Source: an uncultured Acidimicrobiia bacterium
Lineage (GTDB): Bacteria > Acidobacteriota > Terriglobia > Versatilivoradales > Versatilivoraceae
Reading direction: 5' to 3'
Length of the DNA: 64,000 nucleotides
Assembly (NCBI GenBank): GCA_963786955.1
Contig: CAWBAT010000006.1
Span: 800,001 to 864,000 of the forward strand
Part shown: positions 29,695 through 39,414 of the stretch, one piece after another
Position numbering within the stretch: position 1 is the stretch's first letter
Layout of the letters: every line of letters begins with the position of its first letter
Program-made: the position numbers and the translations under genes
The notes under the pieces: generated by a model
Seen by the model: the letters and a program-made list of their open reading frames with translations, nothing else
What the model was told of the DNA's origin: nothing
Database searches by the model: none

Positions 29695-30597
29695 CTAAAT
29701 TTTCCCTTTTTTCGCCACTGCCTCCAGATCAGCCTTCAATTGATCCGCGGCTGCTTGAGTTTCCTTAATGGGTTTGTCTTTCAGGATCTTCTGAGCCAAA
29801 TCTAGACATTCTTGAGCCTTCTGAAAAAAGAGACGATAATACTGGACCTCATTAAGCATCTTCCTGCCAAACAGCTGTTGATCGTCCAGAAAGATCCGTC
29901 CTGCCCTCACAAAAAATTCCGCGGGGTCCAGCGGTTTACTTCCCTCTTCCAGGAGTTTCCTGGCCTGATTCCGATCGCCTTTCGCTCCGAGAAACGTGGA
30001 CAATGAAACCAATACTCCCTCTCGCAGTTCCTGCTCTTCGGCAATCTTCAGTTGTTCACTGTCGAGGAGATTCCCTTTTTTGACTTCCTCAATCAGGCGG
30101 TTCATGGGTGCTTCTTTAGAGGGGAAGTCGCATTCCAGCACATAATCCGCTTTGTCCGAGTAGTTCTGAATCATGTAATCGCAGGATTCGCTAAAGCTGA
30201 GAACTGCGTTTTTCTTTTTCCGATAAAAATCAAAAGCGGTGGATCGAAGCTTACCCGCATTTTTGCCCCCATTTTCGAACCCCGCAACGTAGGCGTCGGC
30301 GAGATCTCCGTATCCGTGCGCCAGTCCCGTCAGCAAGACGACCCGAAGAATTCTCGCTCGCTGGGCTTGGACTGAGTTGGGATATTTGGTCATGACCTCA
30401 TTCGTCAGAGAAATCGCCTTCTCGATTTTGATGGCGCTCATGGCCTCTTTCGCTTCGTTATAGGCGAACTCGGGGGTATTTCTCATGAGCTTGGGCTTGT
30501 TGCGGTCTGCCCCACCACCACAAGAAGCAAGAATCCAGAGGAGTCCAATAAAAAATGTTACGGGGAAGAGCCCGCAGGAAAGAGCGCCTTTCTTCAT
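29695..30597 (-). CDS. Hypothetical helical lipoprotein
   Basis: Lipobox ILASC; SD AAGGAG; helical TPR-like composition. Confidence 0.7.
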   Translation of the reverse strand: MKKGALSCGLFPVTFFIGLLWILASCGGGADRNKPKLMRNTPEFAYNEAKEAMSAIKIEKAISLTNEVMTKYPNSVQAQRARILRVVLLTGLAHGYGDLADAYVAGFENGGKNAGKLRSTAFDFYRKKKNAVLSFSESCDYMIQNYSDKADYVLECDFPSKEAPMNRLIEEVKKGNLLDSEQLKIAEEQELREGVLVSLSTFLGAKGDRNQARKLLEEGSKPLDPAEFFVRAGRIFLDDQQLFGRKMLNEVQYYRLFFQKAQECLDLAQKILKDKPIKETQAAADQLKADLEAVAKKGKI

Positions 30598-30871
30598 GAC
30601 GAAACTCCTTTCAAGAAAATTGGGACGACTGCTTTCGGGTTCGCTGCTACTACTCAGGGTGCCGGAGGAGTGTGATTAGTGACGAATCTCGTGATTCAGC
30701 ATGCAGGAAATGATACCTCACTATTTGTATTTTACTCGATGCACCCCCTTTTGGGAAATAAATATGTCACCAATACTACGACGAAGACCCTCGATGTAAG
30801 ACACTCTAAAATTCGTGAATCGAGAGGGGGTCCGCATCCGGCAAACTGCCGATAAATCAGAAGTTTCAAGT

Positions 30872-31636
30872 TCAGTAGGTTGCCCGACCGCCACTAAGAT
30901 CGACGCAAGCACCCGTCGTAAAGCTGCAGTCATCACTTGCCAGAAAATGAATCATGGCGGCTACTTCTTCCGGTTTACCGACACGTCCCATGGGAATGCG
31001 GCTTGTCATGTAATCGATTTGCTGTTGGGTCAATTGTTTCAAAATGGGTGTTTCGATAACAGCCGGGGTCAGAGAGTTCACATAAATTCCTTGTGTGCAG
31101 ACTTCTTTCGCCAAGGCTTTTGTTAAGCAGATGACTCCTGCCTTAGTGGTTGAATACGGGGTCAAATTTGGATTCCCTTCTTTACCAGCAATGGAAGCAA
31201 CATTGACGATTCTTCCAGAGCGATTCTTGATCATGGTTGGCAGGACGGCTTTGCAGCATAGAAAAACCCCCTTCAAATTGACCTCTGTCACTCGATCCCA
31301 TTCTTCAACACTGACTTCCACCAGTGGCTTATTGGGGCCGGCAATTCCTGCATTATTAACAAGAATATCAATCGTCCCAAATCGCTCTACGGCCTGCCGG
31401 GCCATAGACAGGGTTTCAACTTCCTTACTGATGTCGACGGCAACGACCAGAGTTCTTTGACCTGCCGAATCAAGTCGGCGAGCGGTCTGTGCGGCTTCCT
31501 CCGCATCCATATCGACCAAGACCACGCGAGCTCCTGCCGCCAGAAACCGCTCGGTGATTGCCGCGCCAATTCCACGGGCGGCACCAGTAATCAGGGCTAC
31601 TTTGTCCTTTAATGAAAAAAAATGGATTTCAGACAT
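30872..31636 (-). CDS. SDR family oxidoreductase (resembles 2-keto-3-deoxy-sugar-acid dehydrogenases)
   Basis: TGAARGIG, NNAG, YSTTK catalytic motif, DLSGGRATY C-terminus. Confidence 0.9.
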   Translation of the reverse strand: MSEIHFFSLKDKVALITGAARGIGAAITERFLAAGARVVLVDMDAEEAAQTARRLDSAGQRTLVVAVDISKEVETLSMARQAVERFGTIDILVNNAGIAGPNKPLVEVSVEEWDRVTEVNLKGVFLCCKAVLPTMIKNRSGRIVNVASIAGKEGNPNLTPYSTTKAGVICLTKALAKEVCTQGIYVNSLTPAVIETPILKQLTQQQIDYMTSRIPMGRVGKPEEVAAMIHFLASDDCSFTTGACVDLSGGRATY

Positions 31637-31766
31637 CGCTCAAGTCCTCCTCCGGGATGAAACACACCCTGCAATCAGCTCAGCAGACAAAATCTGATTC
31701 TGCCAACTGAGCGCCATTGTATGGGAATCCCAGTATCTGTCAAGGTGTCGTCGGTACCGCTGATCT

Positions 31767-31920
31767 GGAGGGCGGAGCTCCGCGACGCCGTTCGGAACTA
31801 GCGATGTCATGCATTATCCTCCCGCAATGTGGGTTCATTCAGCGTTGCATTGATACAAACAGGTCGCCGCTCCGCGGCTGAGCCCGGGTGTAGCGCGGAC
31901 CCGATTTCTGGGTCCGCGGC
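31767..31920. repeat. Mosaic of REP-like elements
   Basis: GGAGGGCGGAGCTCCGCGACGCCG (second copy at 60161-60184) and GTAGCGCGGACCC...GGGTCCGCG palindrome. Confidence 0.55.
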
Positions 31921-32010
31921 CTTTCTCCTCACTGGTTCGAAAAAGCCGCAGAGTCAAATTGCGATTATGTACTACCTGCTTCTCATAGCTATTCACTCTC
32001 TTCCCATCCA

Positions 32011-32751
32011 TCACGACATCGAAGCCAGGATTGGTTTCAAAACCTTCCAGACATTCTCTGCCACGATCTGATGACCCTCGGCTGTGGGATGAATCCCATC
32101 CGGGAAATTGAGTTGGGGCTTCCCGCCAACCCCTTCCAGCAGAAATGGAATCAATTGGGCCTTATGCTTTTTGGTGAGTTCCGGGAAGATCGCTTGAAAT
32201 TTGTTGGGGTAGTCCGTCCCCCAGTTTGGCGGGATAAGCATTCCAGATAAAACAATCTTGACCCCAGGATATCGCGTCTGGGCTCGGGTCATGATTTCAT
32301 CGAGGTTTTTCTCGGTGGAATCCAACGCAATCCCTCGGAGTGCATCATTCCCTCCGAGCGCAAGAATCAGGACATCGATCTTGCGCTTCAGAAACCAATC
32401 CAAGCGACGCAAACCACCGGCGGTCGTCTCTCCGCTCAAGCCAGCATTAATCACTTGAAATTTCCATCCGAGGTGATCAATTTTCTCTTGGAGTAAAGCC
32501 GGGTAGGCTTGAGACTTATCCAGTCCGTATCCTGCCGTCAAGCTGTCCCCCAGGCAAAGGATCACCTTAGTTTCTCCTCGAATTGGTTTAGAGGGAGCGC
32601 TTCGCTCAAGCCCTAGCGAATGATCAGCCCTCGGGCTCATGAAAGCGTTATTCGGGGAAACGGCCATGGTGTAAAGAACTGCGGCGAGGAGTGCGAAGCG
32701 TTGGGTGCTTTTCAATTTTTTGTTCATAGGAAAGATTTTATTTGAAATCAA
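32011..32751 (-). CDS. tesA: Arylesterase / acyl-CoA thioesterase I (SGNH)
   Basis: GDSLTAGYG, NAGLSGETT, GGND, DGIHP; divergent from ybbA-ybbP as in E. coli. Confidence 0.88.
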   Translation of the reverse strand: MISNKIFPMNKKLKSTQRFALLAAVLYTMAVSPNNAFMSPRADHSLGLERSAPSKPIRGETKVILCLGDSLTAGYGLDKSQAYPALLQEKIDHLGWKFQVINAGLSGETTAGGLRRLDWFLKRKIDVLILALGGNDALRGIALDSTEKNLDEIMTRAQTRYPGVKIVLSGMLIPPNWGTDYPNKFQAIFPELTKKHKAQLIPFLLEGVGGKPQLNFPDGIHPTAEGHQIVAENVWKVLKPILASMS

Positions 32752-32834
32752 GATCTATGCCACAATGTCGATGCTCTCGATAATAGCGTCACGGCGCATC
32801 AACCCCAATCTCTGGTTAACGGGAACATCATAGC

Positions 32835-33545
32835 ATGGGCCAATCGAACCTCCTCAGCGTGCAAAATCTGACCAAGACATACCCGAGCGGCGAACGCACG
32901 CTCACAGTTCTTAAAGACATCTCTTTCCATATCCCGAGTGGCTCAACCTGTGCCGTTGTCGGCCCTTCGGGGAGCGGGAAAACGACACTCTTAGGTCTGT
33001 GCGCCGGCCTGGATCGGCCAACCGCCGGATCTATTTTTCTCAACAGTATTGAACTCAATCCCTTAAGTGAAGATCGGTTGGCAGATGTTCGCAATCAATT
33101 TGTGGGTTTTGTCTTTCAAACGTTTCAGCTTATCCCAACCTTGACCGCTTTAGAGAATGTGATGGTTCCGGTGGAACTGCGAGGGGAGAATAAAGTCCGA
33201 CCTTTGGCGGTTGAGCTGTTGGATCAAGTCGGACTGGCAGACCGTCTCCACCACTACCCAACCCAGCTATCGGGAGGAGAACAACAGCGGGTCGCCCTCG
33301 CAAGGGCTTTTATCAACAAACCCAGGATACTCTTCGCCGATGAACCGACCGGGAATCTCGATGGTGAAACAAGTGAAAAAATTGTTCACCTGCTATTTGA
33401 GCTGAACCACGCCTTTGGTACGACCTTGATCGTGGTGACACACGATATTGAACTGGCTCAACGGACGGAACGAATCCTCCGCTTGAAGGGAGGCATGCTC
33501 GTCTCAGACGAGAGAAAGCAGACGGCAGAAGACAGTAAGCAGTAG
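32835..33545 (+). CDS. ybbA: ABC transporter ATP-binding protein (YbbA/LolD-like)
   Basis: [28 protein letters not shown]. Confidence 0.85.
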   Translation: MGQSNLLSVQNLTKTYPSGERTLTVLKDISFHIPSGSTCAVVGPSGSGKTTLLGLCAGLDRPTAGSIFLNSIELNPLSEDRLADVRNQFVGFVFQTFQLIPTLTALENVMVPVELRGENKVRPLAVELLDQVGLADRLHHYPTQLSGGEQQRVALARAFINKPRILFADEPTGNLDGETSEKIVHLLFELNHAFGTTLIVVTHDIELAQRTERILRLKGGMLVSDERKQTAEDSKQ

Positions 33546-33675
33546 GCAGAAGGTAGATTGCAGGTTGCAGGAAGGGGGAGATAGTAAGCAAAAGAGACAA
33601 AGGGTTGTACCGGAATGCTGCAGCCTGCGAACTGCTTATTGCTTTCAGCTTGCTGCCTTCTGCCTCCTGCTTTCT
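33513..33675. repeat. Inverted arrays of 7-bp tandem repeats (AGWAGGC-like)
   Basis: Left arm AGAAAGC AGACGGC AGAAGAC AGTAAGC AGTAGGC AGAAGGT; right arm ...GCTGCCTTCTGCCTCCTGCTTTCT is its reverse complement. Confidence 0.75.
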
Positions 33676-33700
33676 GTCATATTAAAGAAGAGGGTAATTC

Positions 33701-36238
33701 ATGAAATTTCTGATCGAGCCCTGGCTCTGGAAGATGGCCTGGCGAGATAGCCGTTCGAGTCGCAAGCGTTTACTGATCTTCATGTCTTCAATCATTATGG
33801 GAATTGCGGCCCTGATGGCGATCAGCTCCTTTGGCGTCAATTTGCAGCTAGGGCTGGAGCGTCAAGCCAAAACCTTGCTTGGAGCCGATCTGGTCCTTCG
33901 TTCACGGCAGCCCTTATCGGACGAAGCGGAAAAGCTCATTCATACCATCGGGGGCGAGACTTCTCGGGAGATCAGTTTTTCTTCAATGGTGTTTTTCCCT
34001 AAGAATGATTCTACCCGTCTTGCTCAAATTCGCGCGACCGACGGGAAATTCCCATTCTATGGAGAACTCGAAACGTCACCCCGGCTAGCAGCCACTGGAT
34101 TCATGGACGAACCGGTAGCCCTGGTCGAAGATGGTCTTATGTTGCAGTACGATGTCCAGAACGGGGATACCATTAAAATTGGCGCTTTCGAATACAAAAT
34201 CGGAGGACGGCTTAAGAAAGTACCTGGTGAGACTGCAGCTGCTGGGCTGATCGGAGCCCGAGTGTATATCCCCATCGCGTACCTGAGCCAAACAAGGTTG
34301 TTTCAAAGGGGCAGCTCGGCTACCTACAAAGTCTATTTCAAGCTTCCGCCGCAGATCAGTGCTGAACAGATCGTCAAAAAATATGATTCGGAATTTCTCA
34401 AACTGCGCTTGGATCCCGAGACCGTTGAGGAACGAAAAGCCAATTTAGGCCGGTCACTAGAGAATTCCTATGACTTTCTGAACCTGGTCGGATTCATTTC
34501 CTTGCTGCTGGGAAGCATAGGAGTGGCGAGCGCCATTCATGTATACGTCAAACAAAAAATCGCTACGATTGCAGTAATGCGGTGTCTGGGAGCACGGGAG
34601 AGGCAAACTTTTGCCATCTACCTGATTCAAACCTTTTCCCTTGGACTGGTCGGCGCTTTTTGGGGAATCCTCCTCGGACTTGGCATCCAATATTTACTTC
34701 CCCACGTCCTGGGAGATTTTCTTCCCTTGAGCGTTCCTTTCCTCATCTCCTGGAAATCTCTGACCAAAGCAGTGGGAGTGGGACTGGGAGTTTCGATCCT
34801 CTTTTCCCTCCTTCCACTTCTGGCCATCCGAAAAGTGTCTCCTCTCCTCGCCATACGCGCCTCTTACGAGATTCAGCAGACTTTGAGAGATCCTTTCCGT
34901 TGGCTTCTCTATGGCTTGATCCTGGCCGGCATCGGAACATTCGCCGTAACACACACCCGCCGCTGGTTCCATGGGATCTGGTTCACCGTAGGCCTTTTGA
35001 TCGCACTGGGATTGCTTGCCGGTGTGGCGCGCTTGTTGATGTGGCTGACCAAACGATTCTTGCGAGGATCATTTCCCTATGTCTGGAGGCAAGGGCTCGC
35101 CAATCTCTATCGCCCGAATAACCAGACCTTAGTGCTCATGCTTTCACTGGGGCTCGGAACCTTCTTGATGTCTACCCTCTATTTGGTTCATTCCGTCCTG
35201 ATCCACCAAGCTGTCCTCATGGGGAGAGGTCATCAACCAAACTTAGTTCTGTTTGATATTCAACCGGACCAGAAAGAGTCCGTCGGCGACCTGGTTCGAT
35301 CGAACCAGCTGCCCATTCTCCAAGAAATGCCGGTTGTGACCATGCGACTGGCCTCGATTCGGGGAAGAGCAGTCTCGGAGATCTTAAAAGATCCCAAGAA
35401 TTCCATTCAAGAAACCTGGTTACAGCGCGAATACCGTTCCACTTATCGTGAGGGTCTCATGGAGACGGAGAAACTCGTGCTCGGGAAGTGGCAAGGACGC
35501 GTGAGTGCAGATACCGAACCGATTGTTGTCTCTTTGGAAGAAGGAATCGCTAAGCGATTAAAAGTGGGTATTGGGGATCAGTTGATATTTGATGTTCAGG
35601 GACTTCCATTGACAACCACTGTGGGAAGCCTGAGAAAAGTGGAATGGGAGAGGGTACAACCCAATTTCTTTGTTGTTTTCCCGGCCGGCGTTCTGGAAAG
35701 TGCTCCACAGTTCTTCGTTATGGTTCTGCGAGTGAATGACAATGCGGAATCGGCCCGCCTGCAACGAGCCGTAGTCCAGCAGTTTCCAAATGTCTCCGCG
35801 ATTGATCTCTCTTTGATCGTCACGATGATTGATGGTATTTTGAACAGAGTTTCATTTGTGATCCGCTTTATGGCACTCTTTAGCACTTTTACGGGTCTGC
35901 TGGTTTTAGCCGGAGCGGTGATTGCCGGGAAGTACCAGCGCATGAAGGAGAGCGTGTTGCTCCGAACGCTCGGTGCCAGCCGGGGTCAGATTCGGGATAT
36001 CCTCATGATTGAATACCTCTTTCTTGGAGGGTTCGCGGCTTTGACCGGAATGTTGCTGTCCTTGGTGGCCAGTTGGGCACTGGCTCATTTTGTCTTTGAA
36101 ACGGGATTTGCTCCGTCCTGGACTTTTGTCCTTGCGGGCCTACTGGTCGTGCCGTTGCTGGCCATTGGGATCGGAATGCTGAATAGTCGTGGGATAACGA
36201 ATCGTCCCCCCTTGGAGGTCCTGCGGGCTGAAGTATAG
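33701..36238 (+). CDS. ybbP: FtsX-like ABC permease (YbbP family)
   Basis: LLGADL, FPFYGEL, LFDIQPDQ, PNFFVVF, LRTLGASR, PPLEVLR; 845 aa with duplicated FtsX halves. Confidence 0.87.
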   Translation: MKFLIEPWLWKMAWRDSRSSRKRLLIFMSSIIMGIAALMAISSFGVNLQLGLERQAKTLLGADLVLRSRQPLSDEAEKLIHTIGGETSREISFSSMVFFPKNDSTRLAQIRATDGKFPFYGELETSPRLAATGFMDEPVALVEDGLMLQYDVQNGDTIKIGAFEYKIGGRLKKVPGETAAAGLIGARVYIPIAYLSQTRLFQRGSSATYKVYFKLPPQISAEQIVKKYDSEFLKLRLDPETVEERKANLGRSLENSYDFLNLVGFISLLLGSIGVASAIHVYVKQKIATIAVMRCLGARERQTFAIYLIQTFSLGLVGAFWGILLGLGIQYLLPHVLGDFLPLSVPFLISWKSLTKAVGVGLGVSILFSLLPLLAIRKVSPLLAIRASYEIQQTLRDPFRWLLYGLILAGIGTFAVTHTRRWFHGIWFTVGLLIALGLLAGVARLLMWLTKRFLRGSFPYVWRQGLANLYRPNNQTLVLMLSLGLGTFLMSTLYLVHSVLIHQAVLMGRGHQPNLVLFDIQPDQKESVGDLVRSNQLPILQEMPVVTMRLASIRGRAVSEILKDPKNSIQETWLQREYRSTYREGLMETEKLVLGKWQGRVSADTEPIVVSLEEGIAKRLKVGIGDQLIFDVQGLPLTTTVGSLRKVEWERVQPNFFVVFPAGVLESAPQFFVMVLRVNDNAESARLQRAVVQQFPNVSAIDLSLIVTMIDGILNRVSFVIRFMALFSTFTGLLVLAGAVIAGKYQRMKESVLLRTLGASRGQIRDILMIEYLFLGGFAALTGMLLSLVASWALAHFVFETGFAPSWTFVLAGLLVVPLLAIGIGMLNSRGITNRPPLEVLRAEV

Positions 36239-36308
36239 CAATCGTCGCGGCGCTTGGCCCGGAGACAGAACTTGGAGTGAATCTAGAGTGATCCATTTGA
36301 GGGGCTCT

Positions 36309-37094
36309 ATGAAAATTCCCATCTACCAAATCGATGCATTCACAAGCACAGTATTCAAAGGCAATCCTGCGGCAGTTTGTCCCCTGGCAAGCTGGTTGGA
36401 AGATCGAGTACTGCAGGCTATCGCTTTGGAGAACAATCTTTCTGAGACCGCATTCCTCGTGGACCAAGGCGACCACTATCAGATCCGCTGGTTTACACCA
36501 GAAGTGGAAGTCGACCTCTGCGGCCATGCGACGCTGGCCGCAGCCTATGTCGTTTTCCACTTCATCAAACCGGAAACCACTTCGGTGCGATTTTTGTCGA
36601 AAAGTGGCCCCTTGAATGTCACCGAACGGGAACAACTGGTCTGCCTGGATTTTCCAGTCATGGAAGCCTCTCCCTGCCCTCCCTCGGATACATTGTTACG
36701 AGCCCTAGGAAAGAATCCACAAGAAGTCCTGGCCGCTCGCGATTACCTTGTTGTCTATGAAAATGAGGGCGCCATCCGAAATATTCAACCCGACTTTGCT
36801 CTGCTCAAACAACTCGACCGTATGGGTGTGATTATCACTTCGCCGGGAGTGACGGCTGACTTCGTTTCGCGCTTCTTTGCTCCGAAGGCCGGAATCCCTG
36901 AAGACCCTGTTACCGGTTCAGCCCATTGCACGCTGACTCCTTATTGGGCAAAGCGGCTCCACAAAAACTCTCTTGTGGCTCGCCAGGTCTCGGCTCGAGG
37001 AGGGGAACTCTTCTGTGAGTACCTGGGTCAAAGAGTGATCATCGCAGGACAGGCTGTTTGCTATCTGGAAGGCTGTATTCACATCGAGCATTAG
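36309..37094 (+). CDS. PhzF family isomerase
   Basis: QIDAFT, GNPAAV, NLSETAF, EVDLCGHATLA, EDPVTGSAH. Confidence 0.93.
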   Translation: MKIPIYQIDAFTSTVFKGNPAAVCPLASWLEDRVLQAIALENNLSETAFLVDQGDHYQIRWFTPEVEVDLCGHATLAAAYVVFHFIKPETTSVRFLSKSGPLNVTEREQLVCLDFPVMEASPCPPSDTLLRALGKNPQEVLAARDYLVVYENEGAIRNIQPDFALLKQLDRMGVIITSPGVTADFVSRFFAPKAGIPEDPVTGSAHCTLTPYWAKRLHKNSLVARQVSARGGELFCEYLGQRVIIAGQAVCYLEGCIHIEH

Positions 37095-37165
37095 TACTGC
37101 TTTTCATCGATATCGTGACGTTGACGCCGGGTCGGGGACCCGGTCTAGAGATTGGATATTTCTCC

Positions 37166-37405
37166 TGCCCTGAAAGGGCAAGATAAAATAGCCCAGGCAG
37201 AGTGGAGGGCGCAGCCCGGAGCGGCACCCTGGGTGACGGGCCACCCACGAAAGGGCACCCTGAAGAGGTGCAACAAACCTCTCGTCCGGATTGTCGCATC
37301 GTTTCAAGGCGCCAATGATTCATTGGGATCGCAACCCAGGGCGGCGCTGCGGGGCCTTGCCCCTGCGCTCTGCCCTGGGCTAGATTATGTCGGCCCTTCA
37401 GGCCG
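37166..37405. mobile_element. About 240-bp non-coding inverted-repeat element (REPIN/MITE-like)
   Basis: Left arm GCCCTGAAAGGGCAAGATAAAATAGCCCAGGCAGAG...CCCTGGGT matches the reverse complement of right arm ACCCAGGG...CTCTGCCCTGGGCTAGATTATGTCGGCCCTTCAGGCC. Confidence 0.6.
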
Positions 37406-37650
37406 CTGGATGTTTGAAGGACTGCGGATGGACCGATTCATTGACCTATTTTCAAATGACGAAACGAAACGATAGTGCCGCTTGGCATCAGCATTCCTAC
37501 GCAACAGGCTCGCTGGGCCAGGTTTTTTCAGGAAAGCTCTGCCAACAATGGGAGAGGCGCTCCAACTCCATGCAGGGGTAAGAATGGCGATATGCCGGAA
37601 GAACCCATAGGGGAGAAAGACCGGGCGGGATCAAGGGGAAAGAAACGGAC

Positions 37651-37821
37651 CTACTCTTCAATCTTTGCCTCATCCACCAACATGACCGGGATATCGTCTT
37701 TGATGGGGTAGACACGCTTGCACTTAACACACTTGAGCCCCAGTTGACCTGGAGTCAACTCGAGGGTCTCCTTGCACAGAGGGCAAACTAAAATTTCCAA
37801 CAAATCTTGACTGATCGGCAT
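37651..37821 (-). CDS. Trm112/YcaR family protein (56 aa)
   Basis: Below ORF-track cutoff. Manual translation MPISQDLLEILVCPLCKETLELTPGQLGLKCVKCKRVYPIKDDIPVMLVDEAKIEE; SD GGAGGTG. Confidence 0.92.
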   Translation of the reverse strand: MPISQDLLEILVCPLCKETLELTPGQLGLKCVKCKRVYPIKDDIPVMLVDEAKIEE

Positions 37822-37917
37822 TTTTCACCTCCAAGAAATTGGTTCTATGAGGGCTTCAGACAAACCGTTGAGATTCAATTCCCGAGAATCTTACTCAAGA
37901 CCATTGATTGGTCATCG

Positions 37918-37961
37918 GTAGGGGCGAAGCATCCGTCAGTTGACGGATGCTTCGCCCCTAC
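37918..37961. repeat. GTAG-type REP doublet (perfect palindrome)
   Basis: GTAGGGGCGAAGCATCCGTCA-GT-TGACGGATGCTTCGCCCCTAC; same ends recur at 60191-60260. Confidence 0.8.
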
Positions 37962-38058
37962 GCCATCGCAAGGGTGACACGAAGCCTGGAGGGGAAAGAC
38001 TTGAGAACCCGATGGCAGGTTGACACGAGACACAACCTATCTTAAAAAACGGATCATT

Positions 38059-39411
38059 TCATTTATTTTCCTGTTTCTCAATAATCTCATCGACCTTAAA
38101 GTTCAGACCTTCAAGAATTTTTTTCTCAATCTTATAAACGGTAGTCCCTCCCTTGACCATCCCATAGACGCGGTCATTGTCAATTTTCCCCAGGAGTACT
38201 TCGATGGATTTATTATTCTTATCGGTAATGATGATTTGCGCAGAGGGAGAATCAAAGCCATATTGGGCGTCTTTGAGATTAACGTTGTCGATGAGTTCCT
38301 TGCCTTCCAGGTCCTCAATCGGCCAGAAGATTTTAAAGTCCTGCAAATTCTTCTGCTGATTTCCTTCAGGTTTGATCAACCTCCACTTGTCATCGCTACC
38401 GCGAGCAAAGGAAAAGAACTTATCCCCGATTTTGATATCGATTTGATTGAGATTTGAACGATCGATTCGAACTAGTTTCTTATCTCTGACTTTCTGGGGG
38501 TCAACATCTAGCTTCTTAATGAGATCTTCCTTGAGCTTGAACACGACATCTCTGGAATCATCTTTGGCATAATAGCTGTTGTCGATTTTATCGCCAATGA
38601 GAAGGGTCTTTCGGGTTTTATTGTCTCCCAGAAAAAGATCGACTCGCGCTTGAGGTTTATCCAGCCCGTACTTTTTGAGTGCATCCAGTGGAGGATTGAC
38701 GAAATCTTCAACTTTGGCAAATTCGAGGTCGCTGACAATCGAATTGATCTCGCTGTTATCGCCTCGTCCCTCGAACGGCTTCTTAATAAGCCAGTCATCG
38801 CCGTTCTTTTCAAAATCAAATACTTTATCTTTGTTCGCAATGTTCAGCGTTTTCAGCTGATCTCTCTGGAACTCCAAGACGCTCTTGTCCCTGAACTCAA
38901 GCGTTTTCTTGGTCGCGTCTGCTTGCAGCGATGTCGAGGAAAGTACCAGAACTTTGTTCTGCCCGGGGACTCTGGCAAAAACCAAACTGGAACTGAAGTC
39001 TTTTTCACCCAGTTCGAGTTCGTGCGTTTTCCCGCCGTTCAACTTCACCGTTAACTGGATCGCCGCCGGTTCCAGCCCGAAGTTTTTCCAATTAGTATTC
39101 GGGTCTTCAATCGTTCGGTCGACTTTCACATTGACAATATCCCCGGCAAGACTGTCACAAGTGGATTTGTCCGCCTTGGCCTCCACCGGTTTCAGCATTT
39201 TCCAGCCGTCCTTGTCTTTCTGCAAACTCAACACACCTTCTGGATTCTTCAAGTCGATTTGAGCAATGTCCTTTTCTTCAAACTGGAAAAGCTTTTTGGC
39301 CTTCTCTTCGGCCTCCTCTCGTTTCTTTTCCCCTTTGATCTCGTAAAAATAGACGTAAGCCGCCAATAAAGCGAAGACAACAGCGAGGACACCTAGATTT
39401 TTCCACTTCAT
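38059..39411 (-). CDS. DUF4340 domain protein (three internal repeats)
   Basis: N-terminal TM; repeated WxxxKP...Y/FGLxxP...LxxG units; last gene of Gld-type ABC operon. Confidence 0.85.
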   Translation of the reverse strand: MKWKNLGVLAVVFALLAAYVYFYEIKGEKKREEAEEKAKKLFQFEEKDIAQIDLKNPEGVLSLQKDKDGWKMLKPVEAKADKSTCDSLAGDIVNVKVDRTIEDPNTNWKNFGLEPAAIQLTVKLNGGKTHELELGEKDFSSSLVFARVPGQNKVLVLSSTSLQADATKKTLEFRDKSVLEFQRDQLKTLNIANKDKVFDFEKNGDDWLIKKPFEGRGDNSEINSIVSDLEFAKVEDFVNPPLDALKKYGLDKPQARVDLFLGDNKTRKTLLIGDKIDNSYYAKDDSRDVVFKLKEDLIKKLDVDPQKVRDKKLVRIDRSNLNQIDIKIGDKFFSFARGSDDKWRLIKPEGNQQKNLQDFKIFWPIEDLEGKELIDNVNLKDAQYGFDSPSAQIIITDKNNKSIEVLLGKIDNDRVYGMVKGGTTVYKIEKKILEGLNFKVDEIIEKQENK

Positions 39412-39414
39412 CGC

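Noticed and set aside
33513-37961. CRISPR array interpretation of the repeats
   Set aside because: No regularly spaced identical repeats with unique spacers and no cas genes
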